DNA from: Solirubrobacteraceae bacterium
GTDB taxonomy: Bacteria > Actinomycetota > Thermoleophilia > Solirubrobacterales > Solirubrobacteraceae
Reading direction: 5' to 3'
DNA: 64,000 bases
Assembly (NCBI GenBank): GCA_049512455.1
Contig: JBEKXB010000010.1
Coordinates: 4,969-68,968, forward strand
Shown: piece after piece, positions 8,784 through 17,804 of the stretch
Layout: each line of letters begins with the position of its first letter
Numbering within the stretch: the first letter of the stretch is position 1
Made by a program: the position numbers and the translations under genes
Notes under the pieces: model-generated
Told to the model about the DNA's origin: nothing
Seen by the model: the letters and a program-made list of their open reading frames with translations, nothing else
Database searches by the model: none

Positions 8784-9791
8784 GTGACGGAGGTGAGCCC
8801 GAGGCGCCTCGGGACAGAGGGGCCCACGCTCGGAGCGCTTGGTCTTGGCTGCTGGGCTGTGGGTGGTCCCACGACCGGGGACAGCGGACGGACGATTGGC
8901 TGGGGTCCGGTGGACGACGCCGCCTCGATCAGCGCGATCCAGCGGGCCTTCGAGCTCGGCGTGAGGTTCTTCGACACCGCCGATTCCTATGGCGCAGGGC
9001 ATAGCGAGCGGCTGCTCGCCCGTGCGCTTGCCGGACACCGCGATGAGGCTGTCATCGCCACCAAGTTCGGTCACACGTTCGATGACGACGGTAGCAGGCG
9101 CTCACGCGGCGTGGATGTGAACCCGGCATACGTGCGCAGCGCGTGCCAGGCGTCGTTGCGGCGGTTGGAGCGTGAGGCGATCGATCTGTATCAGCTGCAC
9201 GTGGGCGTTCTCGACGACGCGGTGGCGGACGCGGTCGTGGAGGAGCTCGAGAGCCTTCAGCGCGACGGGCTGATCCGCCATTTCGGTTGGAGCGCCGATG
9301 TTCCGTCGCAGGCCGAGCGCTGGGCCGATCGCGGCACCTGCTCAGCGCTCCAGTTCGCCTGCAACGTGTTCGAGGACAAGCCCGAGTTCTTCGCGCTATG
9401 CGAGCGCAGCTCGATGACGGCGATCATCCGCAGCCCGCTGGCCTCCGGCTTCCTCAGCGGCAAGTACGGTCCCGACTCGACGCTGCCGGCGACCGACTGG
9501 CGCGCGCAGGCGCTCGAGCTCGGCTGGGGCGACCTCTTCACCGCCGAAGGTGGCGCGAGCCCCAAGTGGCTCGCCAAGCTGGATGCGTTACGGGAGATCC
9601 TGTCCTCCGATGGACGCAGCCTCGTTCAAGGAGCCCTCGCGTGGCTTTGGGCGCGCAGCCCGAATGCGGTCCCGATCCCGGGCTTCAAGACGGTCGCGCA
9701 GGTCGAGGAGAACGTCGGCGCGATCCGCTTCGGGCCGCTGTCGGCCCAGCAGCTGGCCGAGATCGACACGCTGATGCACCAACCTCAGTAG
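8784..9791 (+). CDS. aldo/keto reductase
   Basis: LGLGCWAVGG, FFDTADSYGAGHSE and IDLYQLH motifs. GTG start. Confidence 0.85.
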   Translation: MTEVSPRRLGTEGPTLGALGLGCWAVGGPTTGDSGRTIGWGPVDDAASISAIQRAFELGVRFFDTADSYGAGHSERLLARALAGHRDEAVIATKFGHTFDDDGSRRSRGVDVNPAYVRSACQASLRRLEREAIDLYQLHVGVLDDAVADAVVEELESLQRDGLIRHFGWSADVPSQAERWADRGTCSALQFACNVFEDKPEFFALCERSSMTAIIRSPLASGFLSGKYGPDSTLPATDWRAQALELGWGDLFTAEGGASPKWLAKLDALREILSSDGRSLVQGALAWLWARSPNAVPIPGFKTVAQVEENVGAIRFGPLSAQQLAEIDTLMHQPQ

Positions 9792-9835
9792 CTGCGTCGG
9801 TGCCTCGCGCGACGGTGCCGGCAGTTGATCGCCGA

Positions 9836-9841
9836 TAGAAT
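9836..9841 (+). promoter_or_regulatory. candidate -10 hexamer TAGAAT upstream of tRNA-Lys
   Basis: AT-rich hexamer TAGAAT about 30 nt upstream of the mature tRNA 5' end, in an otherwise GC-rich spacer. No convincing -35. Confidence 0.2.
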
Positions 9842-9851
9842 CGTTCGCCGC

Positions 9852-9867
9852 GGCGCCGTCCGGCGCC
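9852..9867 (+). terminator. GC hairpin GGCGCCG-TC-CGGCGCC between the aldo/keto reductase gene and tRNA-Lys
   Basis: Perfect 7-bp inverted repeat with a 2-nt loop. No U-tract. Confidence 0.25.
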
Positions 9868-9871
9868 CCTC

Positions 9872-9944
<73 letters not shown>

Positions 9945-9948
9945 TCGA

Positions 9949-9972
9949 AAAGCCCCGTGTTCACGGGGCTTT
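9949..9972 (+). terminator. hairpin terminator after tRNA-Lys
   Basis: AAAGCCCCG-tgttca-CGGGGCTTT: a 9-bp stem ending in a T run. Confidence 0.6.
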
Positions 9973-10074
9973 GGCAGCTCAGATGACGGATGCGCATACT
10001 TCTGTCCCTGGATACGGCCCACGTCGGGGATAGCAAGTAGCCGATGTCGCCGCCAGGCGACGCCATTTTGACTG

Positions 10075-10617
10075 ATGGAACTTGCGATGCCCCCGCCCAT
10101 TTACCTCGATGTGCCGTACATGGAGAAGGATCGTGCGAAGTCGCTGGGTGCGCGCTGGGACCGCGATAGGCGGGTGTGGTATGTCCCGGCTGGTTCGGAT
10201 GCGTCTCGTTTCGCGCAGTGGTATCCGCGGACCGTGGATGACGGCGTCGCGCTCGACGTTCTGCTCGTGCCAGAGACCTGCTGGAAATGCCACGACATGA
10301 CGATGTGCCTTATCGCAGCACGGGATCCCAGGGGCGCGCATTACTTCCTCGGCGAGCGAGCGCTGCACGTTCTCGCCAGTCAGGTCGACCAAGACGAGCT
10401 CGCGAGCGTGGGCGCCGGTCCTCTGCGCCCACGCTGGAGCGGCACTCTCGGCCAGTCCTCGTGGTCCAACGGCTGCGTCCACTGCGACGCGCTTCAGGGC
10501 AACGTCCCTCTGTGGGAGCTTTTCGTGGAGCTCGCCTCGACCCACGCTCTCGGCGAGCTTGCGGTTCTAGGCGTTGCTCGGGTGCCACGTTCGGCACTCG
10601 ACGGCATGGCCGGCTGA
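10075..10617 (+). CDS. hypothetical protein with a plasmid/phage-type N-terminal module (DUF5710-like) and a Cys4 C-terminal domain
   Basis: LDVPYMEKDRAKSLGARWDRDRRVWYVP motif, then CWKCHD...NGCVHCD. Visibly lower GC than its neighbours. Confidence 0.55.
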   Translation: MELAMPPPIYLDVPYMEKDRAKSLGARWDRDRRVWYVPAGSDASRFAQWYPRTVDDGVALDVLLVPETCWKCHDMTMCLIAARDPRGAHYFLGERALHVLASQVDQDELASVGAGPLRPRWSGTLGQSSWSNGCVHCDALQGNVPLWELFVELASTHALGELAVLGVARVPRSALDGMAG

Positions 10618-10702
10618 TACGGCGGTCCAGCCGTGGCCGTGATTGCTCTGCTCGGACGGCGATCGACAGGGCGAGCGGCCCGAGCGGGGCGGGAAAGCTA
10701 TC

Positions 10703-12193
10703 GTGCCGGCAAGGATGCCGCTCAGTCCCGCTGCCTCAGCCGATAGCCCTCGAGCCGGCGCACTGGAGCGGAGCGCGGCCCTGAAGTCGAGGTGGACGGT
10801 CCTCTTGCCGCTCGCCGTGGCGGCGGGGACGTTCCTGTGGCGGCTTGGTGGCTCGAGCCTGTTCGTCGATGAGACCTACAGCTGGCTCGCCGCGCACGCC
10901 TCGCTGGGGAACGTTTTCAGCGCAGTGCGCGAGACCGAGGTCGCGCCGCCGAGCTACTACCTGCTGCTGCACTTCTGGATCGCACTGACCGGCTCCGACT
11001 CGGTTTGGACGATGCGGCTGCTGTCGGTGCTCGCCGGGCTCGGGGTCGTGGCCGCCGTCTGGTGGCTTGCACGCCTCGTGGCGGGAAACGCCGCCGCGGT
11101 CCTGGCCGGGCTGACGGCGGCGGCCAGCCCACTGCTGGTCGAGTACGCGCAGGAGGCTCGCGCGTACGTCTTCGTGATGCTCTGCGCGACGATCGCAGTG
11201 GCTGCGGCGATCACGGCTGCACGCACCTCAACGCGTCAGCTGCGCTGGCTGGCGCTCGCCGCCGTTGCCGCGGTGGCGACGATCTGGACGCACTACACCG
11301 GACTCCTGGTCATCGGCCCGGTCGCCGTGTACGTGTGGTGCTCGCCGACGCTCTCCCGCAGGGCCCGCAGCGCATACGTGTCGGCATGCGCGCTGGCCCT
11401 GGCGGCCGTGGCGCCGCTGATGGTGATCCAGCTGCGAGCCGGGCATCAAGGCGGCGTTGCGCCGTTCGCCCGGCTGACCACGGCCCATATCGAGGCCGTC
11501 ATCGCCACGCCGTTCGATGGCCGCTTCCCCGGACACGCGCTCACGCTGCTGCTGGGCGCGGCGACGGTGGTGGTGGCGGTGGCGTACCTGGCGGCCTCGC
11601 GCCGCAGGCGCAGCCCGGAGCTCTGGCTGCTGCTCGCGACCGCGGTGGTGCCGGTCGCGGCGGTAGTCGGCGTCACCGTGGCCGCCACCGTGCTCTCAGA
11701 GCAGACGTATGACTCGCTGATCACCCGCTACACGGCCGTCGCCGCGCCGTTCATGCTGATTGCACTCGCTTGGGCGATCGTCAGGCTGGCTCGGCCGGTG
11801 GGCGTCCTGCTCGCCGCGGTGGCGGCGCTTGCGGCGGTCACCGGCCTGCTCGCCGCCTACTCGACGGAGAGCTTCTGGCCGGACCTCGGCGGCGCTTTCG
11901 CCCACCTTGCGCACGACTACCACGCTGGCGACGAGATCGCGCTTGCCGGCACGCCGGCGCAGTACGCGGACGCCGACTACTACGTCGCAATGCTCCGACA
12001 CGAGCATCCGGCGGCGCGAGTCGAGCGCGTCAGCGCGACCCAGTCGCTGCCGGTGGGCGGCACGCGGCTGTGGGTCATCGCAGACACCGGCACGGCCCCC
12101 GCGGCGGCGGCTGAGCTGGCGAGCGCGGGCTGGCATGAAACCTGGAGCGCGACCTTCACCCCCGGCATCGAGGCGCTGCTCGCAGTGCGCTGA
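10703..12193 (+). CDS. GT-C family membrane glycosyltransferase (PMT_2/ArnT-like, GT39/83-type)
   Basis: SLFVDETYSWLAAH...APPSYYLLLHFW first-loop motif, at least 10 TM helices and a C-terminal soluble domain. Start is uncertain (TTG 10643, GTG 10703 or ATG 10715). Confidence 0.65.
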   Translation: MPARMPLSPAASADSPRAGALERSAALKSRWTVLLPLAVAAGTFLWRLGGSSLFVDETYSWLAAHASLGNVFSAVRETEVAPPSYYLLLHFWIALTGSDSVWTMRLLSVLAGLGVVAAVWWLARLVAGNAAAVLAGLTAAASPLLVEYAQEARAYVFVMLCATIAVAAAITAARTSTRQLRWLALAAVAAVATIWTHYTGLLVIGPVAVYVWCSPTLSRRARSAYVSACALALAAVAPLMVIQLRAGHQGGVAPFARLTTAHIEAVIATPFDGRFPGHALTLLLGAATVVVAVAYLAASRRRRSPELWLLLATAVVPVAAVVGVTVAATVLSEQTYDSLITRYTAVAAPFMLIALAWAIVRLARPVGVLLAAVAALAAVTGLLAAYSTESFWPDLGGAFAHLAHDYHAGDEIALAGTPAQYADADYYVAMLRHEHPAARVERVSATQSLPVGGTRLWVIADTGTAPAAAAELASAGWHETWSATFTPGIEALLAVR

Positions 12194-12211
12194 CGCGCCG
12201 GAGGTCGAGGC

Positions 12212-13294
12212 TCAGCAGATTCGCGGCAGCGGGTCGCCGGCGAGCATGTCGACCACGCGCGTGCCGCCAAACGACGTTTCGAGCACGACCATCCCCGGCG
12301 GCTCGCTGCGCACCTCACCGATGACAGCCGCGTCGCGGCCGAAGCGGTGCGCGCGCATCGCGGCAAGCGCCGCGTCAGTCGCTTCGGGAGCGACGATGGC
12401 GACGAGCTTGCCCTCGTTGGCGACGTAGAGCGGGTCGATGCCAAGGATCTCGCAGGCTCCCGCCACCGCGGGGCGCACCGGCAGAGCCCCCTCGTCGAGC
12501 ACGATCGACAGGCCGGCGCTACGCGCGAGCTCGTTGAGCGTCGTCGCGAGACCGCCGCGCGTCGGGTCGCGCATGCAGCGAACCCCGTCCGTGGTCGCGA
12601 GCAGGCCCGCGACGAGCTCGTGCAGCGGCGCGGTATCACTCTCGATCGCGCCTTCCAGCTCGAGCTCGCCGCGTGCGACGAGCACCGCCATGCCGTGATC
12701 GCCGATCGTTCCCGACAGCAGCACCCGGTCGCCGCTGCTGATCGCGGCCGGGCTCAACTCGAGGCCCGCGCCGACCACGCCGACGCCCGACGTGCAGATG
12801 TACAGCCCGTCGGCCTTGCCGCGCTCGACCACCTTTGTGTCGCCGGTGGCGATCGGAACTCCGGCGGCGGCGGCGGCCGCGCCCAGTGACGCGGCGAACC
12901 GGGCGAGCTCAGCGGTGGGCAGGCCTTCCTCGAGGATGAAGGCGGCCGACAGGCAGAGCGGCCGCGCCCCGGACACCGCGAGATCGTTGATCGTGCCGTT
13001 GACGGCGAGCTCCGCTATGTCCCCCCCGGGGAAGCGCAACGGCCGCACAACGTAGCTGTCCGTGCTGAACGCGAGCCGGCCGGCGCCGCTGTCCAGCTCG
13101 ATCAGCGCGCTGTCACTCAGCGGGCTGAGCAGATCGTTGGTCAGCTCCGGCAGGAACAGCGCCTCGACCAGTGCCTGGGTCGAGCGGCCGCCTGCACCAT
13201 GAGCCAGCGTGATGTTCGCGTCGAGCAGGCGGTGAGCCGAGCGGCGCCGGCGAGCCTCGATGCGCTCGAGAACGTCCCGCTCGCGCTCGTCCAT
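12212..13294 (-). CDS. hypE: hydrogenase maturation protein HypE
   Basis: ITLAHGAGG N-terminal motif, PurM-like fold motifs and the C-terminal PRIC. ATGA overlap with hypD. Confidence 0.9.
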   Translation of the reverse strand: MDERERDVLERIEARRRRSAHRLLDANITLAHGAGGRSTQALVEALFLPELTNDLLSPLSDSALIELDSGAGRLAFSTDSYVVRPLRFPGGDIAELAVNGTINDLAVSGARPLCLSAAFILEEGLPTAELARFAASLGAAAAAAGVPIATGDTKVVERGKADGLYICTSGVGVVGAGLELSPAAISSGDRVLLSGTIGDHGMAVLVARGELELEGAIESDTAPLHELVAGLLATTDGVRCMRDPTRGGLATTLNELARSAGLSIVLDEGALPVRPAVAGACEILGIDPLYVANEGKLVAIVAPEATDAALAAMRAHRFGRDAAVIGEVRSEPPGMVVLETSFGGTRVVDMLAGDPLPRIC

Positions 13295-14424
13295 CAGCTG
13301 CTTTCCGCTGCGACGCGACCACTCCGCCGTCCGAGCCGGCCGTAGTTGTAGTAGGCGGCGCACGCGCCCTCGCTCGACACCATGCAGGTGCCGATGGGGC
13401 GCTCGGGAGTGCAAGCGGTGCCGAAGACCTTGCATTCCCATGGCCGGATCACGCCCTTCAGCACCTCGCCGCACTGGCAGGCCTTGGGGTCGGCGACGCG
13501 CGCCCCCGCAAGCGGATAGCAAATCTCGGCGTCGAACTGCTCGAACTCCGGCCGCAGCTTCATGGCGCTCTGCGGGATGAAGCCGAGACCACGCCATTCG
13601 AACGTCTCGCGTAGCTCCATCGTCTCGGCGATCACGCGCAGTGCGACAGGGTTGCCTTCCTCGCGCACGACGCGCTGGTACTGGTTCTCGACTTCGCAGC
13701 GTCGATCGGCGAGCTGCGCCATCAGCATGTGGATGCTCTGCAGGATGTCGAGCGGCTCGAAGCCCGACACGACGACCGGCTTGCCGTGCTCACGCGCGAT
13801 GAACTCATACGGGCGGGTTCCGATGATCGTCGACACGTGCCCCGGCCCGACAAAGCCGTCGAGCGCGAGATCGGGCGATTCGAGGATCGCGCGCAGCGCC
13901 GGAACCACCACCACGTGGTTGCAGAACATCGAGAAGTTCCCGATTCCCTCGGCGCGCGCCCGTAGCAGCGTGATCGCCGTCGATGGAGCGGTCGTCTCGA
14001 AGCCGATCGCGAAGAACACGATCTCGCGGTCCGGGTTCTCGCGTGCGATTCGCAGTGCATCCAGCGGCGAATACACCATCCGCACGTCGGCGCCGCGGGC
14101 CTTGGCTTCGAGCAGCGAGCCTCTGCTCGACGGCACGCGCAGCATGTCGCCGAAGGTGGTGAAGATCACCTCACGTCGCTCCGCGATCGCGATCGCGTCG
14201 TCCTGGCGGCCCATCGGGATCACGCACACAGGGCATCCCGGGCCGTGGACCAGCTCGATCTCCGCCGGCAGCAGATCCTCGAGCCCATGCCGGTAGATCG
14301 CGTGGGTGTGTCCGCCGCAGACCTCCATCAGCTTGTACGTCCGGCCAGGCTCCACGAGCGCGGCGATCCGCTCGGCGAGGCCGGCGGCGACCCGGCCGGA
14401 GCGATACTCGGTCACGTGCTTCAT
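13294..14424 (-). CDS. hypD: hydrogenase maturation protein HypD
   Basis: MEVCGGHTHAI, GPGCPVCV and GFETTAP motifs. Confidence 0.9.
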   Translation of the reverse strand: MKHVTEYRSGRVAAGLAERIAALVEPGRTYKLMEVCGGHTHAIYRHGLEDLLPAEIELVHGPGCPVCVIPMGRQDDAIAIAERREVIFTTFGDMLRVPSSRGSLLEAKARGADVRMVYSPLDALRIARENPDREIVFFAIGFETTAPSTAITLLRARAEGIGNFSMFCNHVVVVPALRAILESPDLALDGFVGPGHVSTIIGTRPYEFIAREHGKPVVVSGFEPLDILQSIHMLMAQLADRRCEVENQYQRVVREEGNPVALRVIAETMELRETFEWRGLGFIPQSAMKLRPEFEQFDAEICYPLAGARVADPKACQCGEVLKGVIRPWECKVFGTACTPERPIGTCMVSSEGACAAYYNYGRLGRRSGRVAAESS

Positions 14425-14624
14425 GGCAGATCCTCGCTCACACGCTCGATCGCGACCCCCGCATGGCAGAGCAACTCCTCGCCCACCGCGACGCCGCCCA
14501 CCAGCTCGATGGCCACCTCTGTGCGCACGCCATCGCTTTCGACCACGGCGCTTGTGCCATCGAGCGAGATGACCGTAGCGACGACCGCCGTGTCGCCGCA
14601 GGTGATACAGCGATCGTCGTTCAT
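14421..14624 (-). CDS. HypC/HupF-family paralogue with displaced N-terminal Cys
   Basis: 67 aa with an OB-fold-like HypC body (VVATVISLDG..VV..DGVRTEVAIELV). N-terminus is MNDDRCITCGD instead of MC(L/I)G(I/V)P. Confidence 0.6.
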   Translation of the reverse strand: MNDDRCITCGDTAVVATVISLDGTSAVVESDGVRTEVAIELVGGVAVGEELLCHAGVAIERVSEDLP

Positions 14625-14890
14625 TAGATCCGGCTTGCGCGCAGCTCGCCGAGCTCCAGCTCGTAGGGTTCCCCAAGACGCTCGAGCAGCGAGCGCGTTT
14701 CCAGCGCCTCCTCCTCGTCGATCCGCGCGAGCGCGAACCCCACGTGCAGCAGCACCCAGTCCCCCACGGCGGTCTCACCGTCGAGCAGGGCGACGTTCAC
14801 GGTGCGCCGCACGCCCGACACGTCGACCTTGGCGAGCTGGAGCTCGGCGTCGATCAGCTCGACGACCTGAGCGGGGATGCCGAGGCACAT
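14624..14890 (-). CDS. hypC: hydrogenase maturation chaperone HypC
   Basis: Canonical MCLGIPAQVVEL N-terminus. 88 aa. Confidence 0.85.
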   Translation of the reverse strand: MCLGIPAQVVELIDAELQLAKVDVSGVRRTVNVALLDGETAVGDWVLLHVGFALARIDEEEALETRSLLERLGEPYELELGELRASRI

Positions 14891-14892
14891 GG

Positions 14893-17067
14893 CTAGCGTC
14901 CCCGCGCCGCGGCGACCGCAGCCTGTCCGTAGCTGATGCCGCCATCGCCCGGTGGCACGCGACGGTGCTGGAGCACGCGGAAGCCACGTGCGACGAGCCC
15001 TGCCCGCACCGAGGCGAGCAGGCGCAGGTTCTGGAAGCTGCCCCCTGACAGAGCAACGATGCGCGGCTCGGCGGCCTGCTCGCAGACCGCAACAGCGGCG
15101 GCGCTCACGCCCGCGTGGAACGCGGCTGCGATCTCAGCCCGCGGCCGCCCCGCCGCCAGGTCGTCGGACACCGCAGCGATGAGGTCGGCGCCGACGATGA
15201 CGCCGTCGCTCACGCGGCAGGCGTAGGGCGGCGCAACCACGGCGCCGGCGAGCTGCTCGAGCTCGATCGCCGCCTGCCCCTCGTAGGCGACGCGCTCGCG
15301 GACCCCGAGGACTGCCGCGGCGGCGTCGAAGAGGCGCCCCATCCCACTGGACAGGGGGGCGTTCACGCGCAGGCTTTGGCGCACCTGGGGCCAACGCGCA
15401 AATGGAACGTCGCGTCCGGCCTGCTCGAGGTAGGCGCCCGCCATCCGCCACGGCTCACGCACCGCCGCCTCTCCTCCCGGCATCGCAACCGCGGCCAGAT
15501 GCGCAACGCGCTCGAAGCCGGCGAGGTCGCAGCGCAGCAGCTCGCCGCCCCACAGCGTTCCATCCGGCCCGTAGCCGGTGCCATCGAAGACAAGCGCGAG
15601 CGCTGGGCCCTCGACCCCGTGCTCGGCGAGGCACGCGGCGGCGTGGGCGTGGTGGTGCTGGACCGAGATGACCTCGCCGTCCTGTTCGAGCGCCCAGCGC
15701 GTCGAGGCGTACTGGGGGTGCATGTCGCAGGCGATCACCTCGGGCTCGAGCGCCAGCATCTGCAGGTGCAGCGCGAGATCCATCTCGAACGCGGCGAGCG
15801 CGGGCGCCGCATCGAGGTCGCCGAGGTGGGAGGACAGCCAGGCGCGGTGCCCGCTCGCCACGCAGAACGTTCCCTTCAGCTCGGCCCCCGCCGCGACGAT
15901 CGGGCGCCGGGCGGCGCGTGGCAGCTCCAGCCAGTCAGGCGCATGACCGCGCGACCGTCGGACCGGGAAGCTTGCGCGCACGACGGAGTCCTCGCAGCGG
16001 CGGTGAATGCGACGGTCGTGAGCCAGGTAGGCATCGGCGATGCCGTGCAGGCGGCGCCGCGCCTCCGCGTCATCCACGGCGATCGGCTCGTCGCCGCGGT
16101 TGCCGCTCGTCATCACCAGCGCCCGGCTGACCTGGCCCAGCAACAGGTGATGGACCGGCGTGTAGGGCAGCATCACGCCGAGCCAGTGCGTCCCGGGGGC
16201 CACCGACTCCGCCACGACGGCGTCGTCGCGGCGCGCGGCGAGCACGATCGGCCGTGCCGGCGATCCCAGCAGCGCCTGCTCGGGTGCGGTCAGGTCAACG
16301 AGCCTGGACGGTACGGCCGCCATCACCGCAAACGGCTTGGCCTCACGGCTCTTGCGGGCGCGCAGCCGCGCCACCGCCTCCTCGTTGGTCGCGTCGCAGG
16401 CGAGGTGGTAGCCGCCGAGGCCCTTCACCGCGACGATCCCGCCGTCGCAGATGATCTCCGCCGCCTTGCTGATCGGCATCGACAGGCGCGGCCCGCACTC
16501 CGGGCAGCAGATCGTCTCGGCGTGGAAGCGTCGGTTCCCAGGCTCCTCGTACTCGCGCCGGCACTGGTCGCACATCGCAAACTCGGCCATCGTCGTGCGC
16601 ACGCGGTCGTAAGGCACCGAGCGCACGATCGTGAAACGCGGTCCGCAGTGCGTGCAGGTGATGAACGGGTGGTGGTAGCGGCGATCGGCCGGGTCGAACA
16701 GCTCGCGCAGGCAGTCGTCGCACGTCGCGGCGTCCGGCGGCACCGGCGTCGTGCCCGGCGGCGCCTCGCCGGCACTGGCAAGGATTGAGAAGCCCGCATC
16801 GCCGATCGCTGGCAGCGGCTCGATGTCGACCCCGCAGACGCGCGCGAGCGGCGGCGCGCTGGCCGCTAGCGCCGAGGCAAAGCAGTCGAGCGCCGTCACT
16901 TCGCCCTCGACCTCGGCCACCACGCTGTCGCCCTCATTGCGGACGTGGCCGGCGAGCTGGTGGCGGCTCGCAAGCTCGTGAACGAACGGCCGGAAACCGA
17001 CTCCCTGGACGACGCCCGTGACTCGCACGCGACGGCGTTCGCGAACCCCGGACGGCGGCGGCGTCAT
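14893..17067 (-). CDS. hypF: carbamoyltransferase HypF
   Basis: Acylphosphatase domain (VTGVVQGVGFRPFV), two Zn-finger pairs (CDDC..CTHCGPRF and CDQC..CPECGPR), and YrdC- and Kae1-like domains. Start at MTPPP (cat at 17065-17067). Confidence 0.9.
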   Translation of the reverse strand: MTPPPSGVRERRRVRVTGVVQGVGFRPFVHELASRHQLAGHVRNEGDSVVAEVEGEVTALDCFASALAASAPPLARVCGVDIEPLPAIGDAGFSILASAGEAPPGTTPVPPDAATCDDCLRELFDPADRRYHHPFITCTHCGPRFTIVRSVPYDRVRTTMAEFAMCDQCRREYEEPGNRRFHAETICCPECGPRLSMPISKAAEIICDGGIVAVKGLGGYHLACDATNEEAVARLRARKSREAKPFAVMAAVPSRLVDLTAPEQALLGSPARPIVLAARRDDAVVAESVAPGTHWLGVMLPYTPVHHLLLGQVSRALVMTSGNRGDEPIAVDDAEARRRLHGIADAYLAHDRRIHRRCEDSVVRASFPVRRSRGHAPDWLELPRAARRPIVAAGAELKGTFCVASGHRAWLSSHLGDLDAAPALAAFEMDLALHLQMLALEPEVIACDMHPQYASTRWALEQDGEVISVQHHHAHAAACLAEHGVEGPALALVFDGTGYGPDGTLWGGELLRCDLAGFERVAHLAAVAMPGGEAAVREPWRMAGAYLEQAGRDVPFARWPQVRQSLRVNAPLSSGMGRLFDAAAAVLGVRERVAYEGQAAIELEQLAGAVVAPPYACRVSDGVIVGADLIAAVSDDLAAGRPRAEIAAAFHAGVSAAAVAVCEQAAEPRIVALSGGSFQNLRLLASVRAGLVARGFRVLQHRRVPPGDGGISYGQAAVAAARGR

Positions 17068-17327
17068 TCCGCCACCTCGACTGAGACGAGGACGATCTCC
17101 TGCGCGTCGGGGTGGTCGATATCCGTATCGGCCTCCACGTCGACGCGCGCTCCTTCGGCGACCGTGCCTCGTGCCCCGATCTCGAAATGCTCGCGCAGAT
17201 GCTCGGGCGAGATGTGCGCCAGCGCGCCGAGCCACAGGCTGACCGCGGTCACGCGCTCGGCACCTGCGTCGGCGGCCACCTGCTTCACCTTGCGCATCAA
17301 GTCGGCGGTGAGTGTCAGCTCGTGCAC
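17064..17327 (-). CDS. hypA: HypA-like nickel chaperone lacking the zinc-finger module
   Basis: GTG start giving (M)HELTL, then VTAVSLWLGAL..SPE.L...FE as in HypA. 87 aa, no cysteine. ATGA overlap with hypF. Confidence 0.65.
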   Translation of the reverse strand: MHELTLTADLMRKVKQVAADAGAERVTAVSLWLGALAHISPEHLREHFEIGARGTVAEGARVDVEADTDIDHPDAQEIVLVSVEVAE

Positions 17328-17329
17328 GC

Positions 17330-17803
17330 TCAGGGCTCCGTACTCGCTGCTTCGAGCTCGATCGCCTCGCGCAGGACACGATCGGCGAGCTCATCGATCA
17401 CGCTGGCGACAGCGTCCGACAGCTCGGTCCCGGCCGCGAACTCGGCGCCCTCGACACCGTAGACGACGACACGCGACGGCAGCCGGCCGAGTGCGCGCCC
17501 CAACTCGATCGCTTCGGCGACGCTGACCGCGTGCGTTGACGACGATCCCCGCAACGACGCGGGCAGCGCCTCGGTGCTCGCGTCGACCCGGTGGATCGTC
17601 CCGGGCGGAGCCCCCGAGCTCACCGCATCGACGAGCACTGCCACGCGCTCACCGTCCCACGCGTCAAGCAGCGCGACCGGTTCGCCCTCCTCCTCGCGCA
17701 CCCGCAGCGCAGCGGCCTCAGGGCGATCGGACAGCAGGCGTGCGACCTTCAGGCCCGCTCCGTCGTCGCTCCGAAAACGGTTGCCGACGCCGATGACGAC
17801 CAT
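17330..17803 (-). CDS. [NiFe]-hydrogenase maturation endopeptidase (HoxW/HycI/FrhD-like)
   Basis: VVIGVGNRFRSDDGAG motif. 157 aa. Immediately downstream of the large subunit gene. Confidence 0.85.
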   Translation of the reverse strand: MVVIGVGNRFRSDDGAGLKVARLLSDRPEAAALRVREEEGEPVALLDAWDGERVAVLVDAVSSGAPPGTIHRVDASTEALPASLRGSSSTHAVSVAEAIELGRALGRLPSRVVVYGVEGAEFAAGTELSDAVASVIDELADRVLREAIELEAASTEP

Positions 17804-17804
17804 G

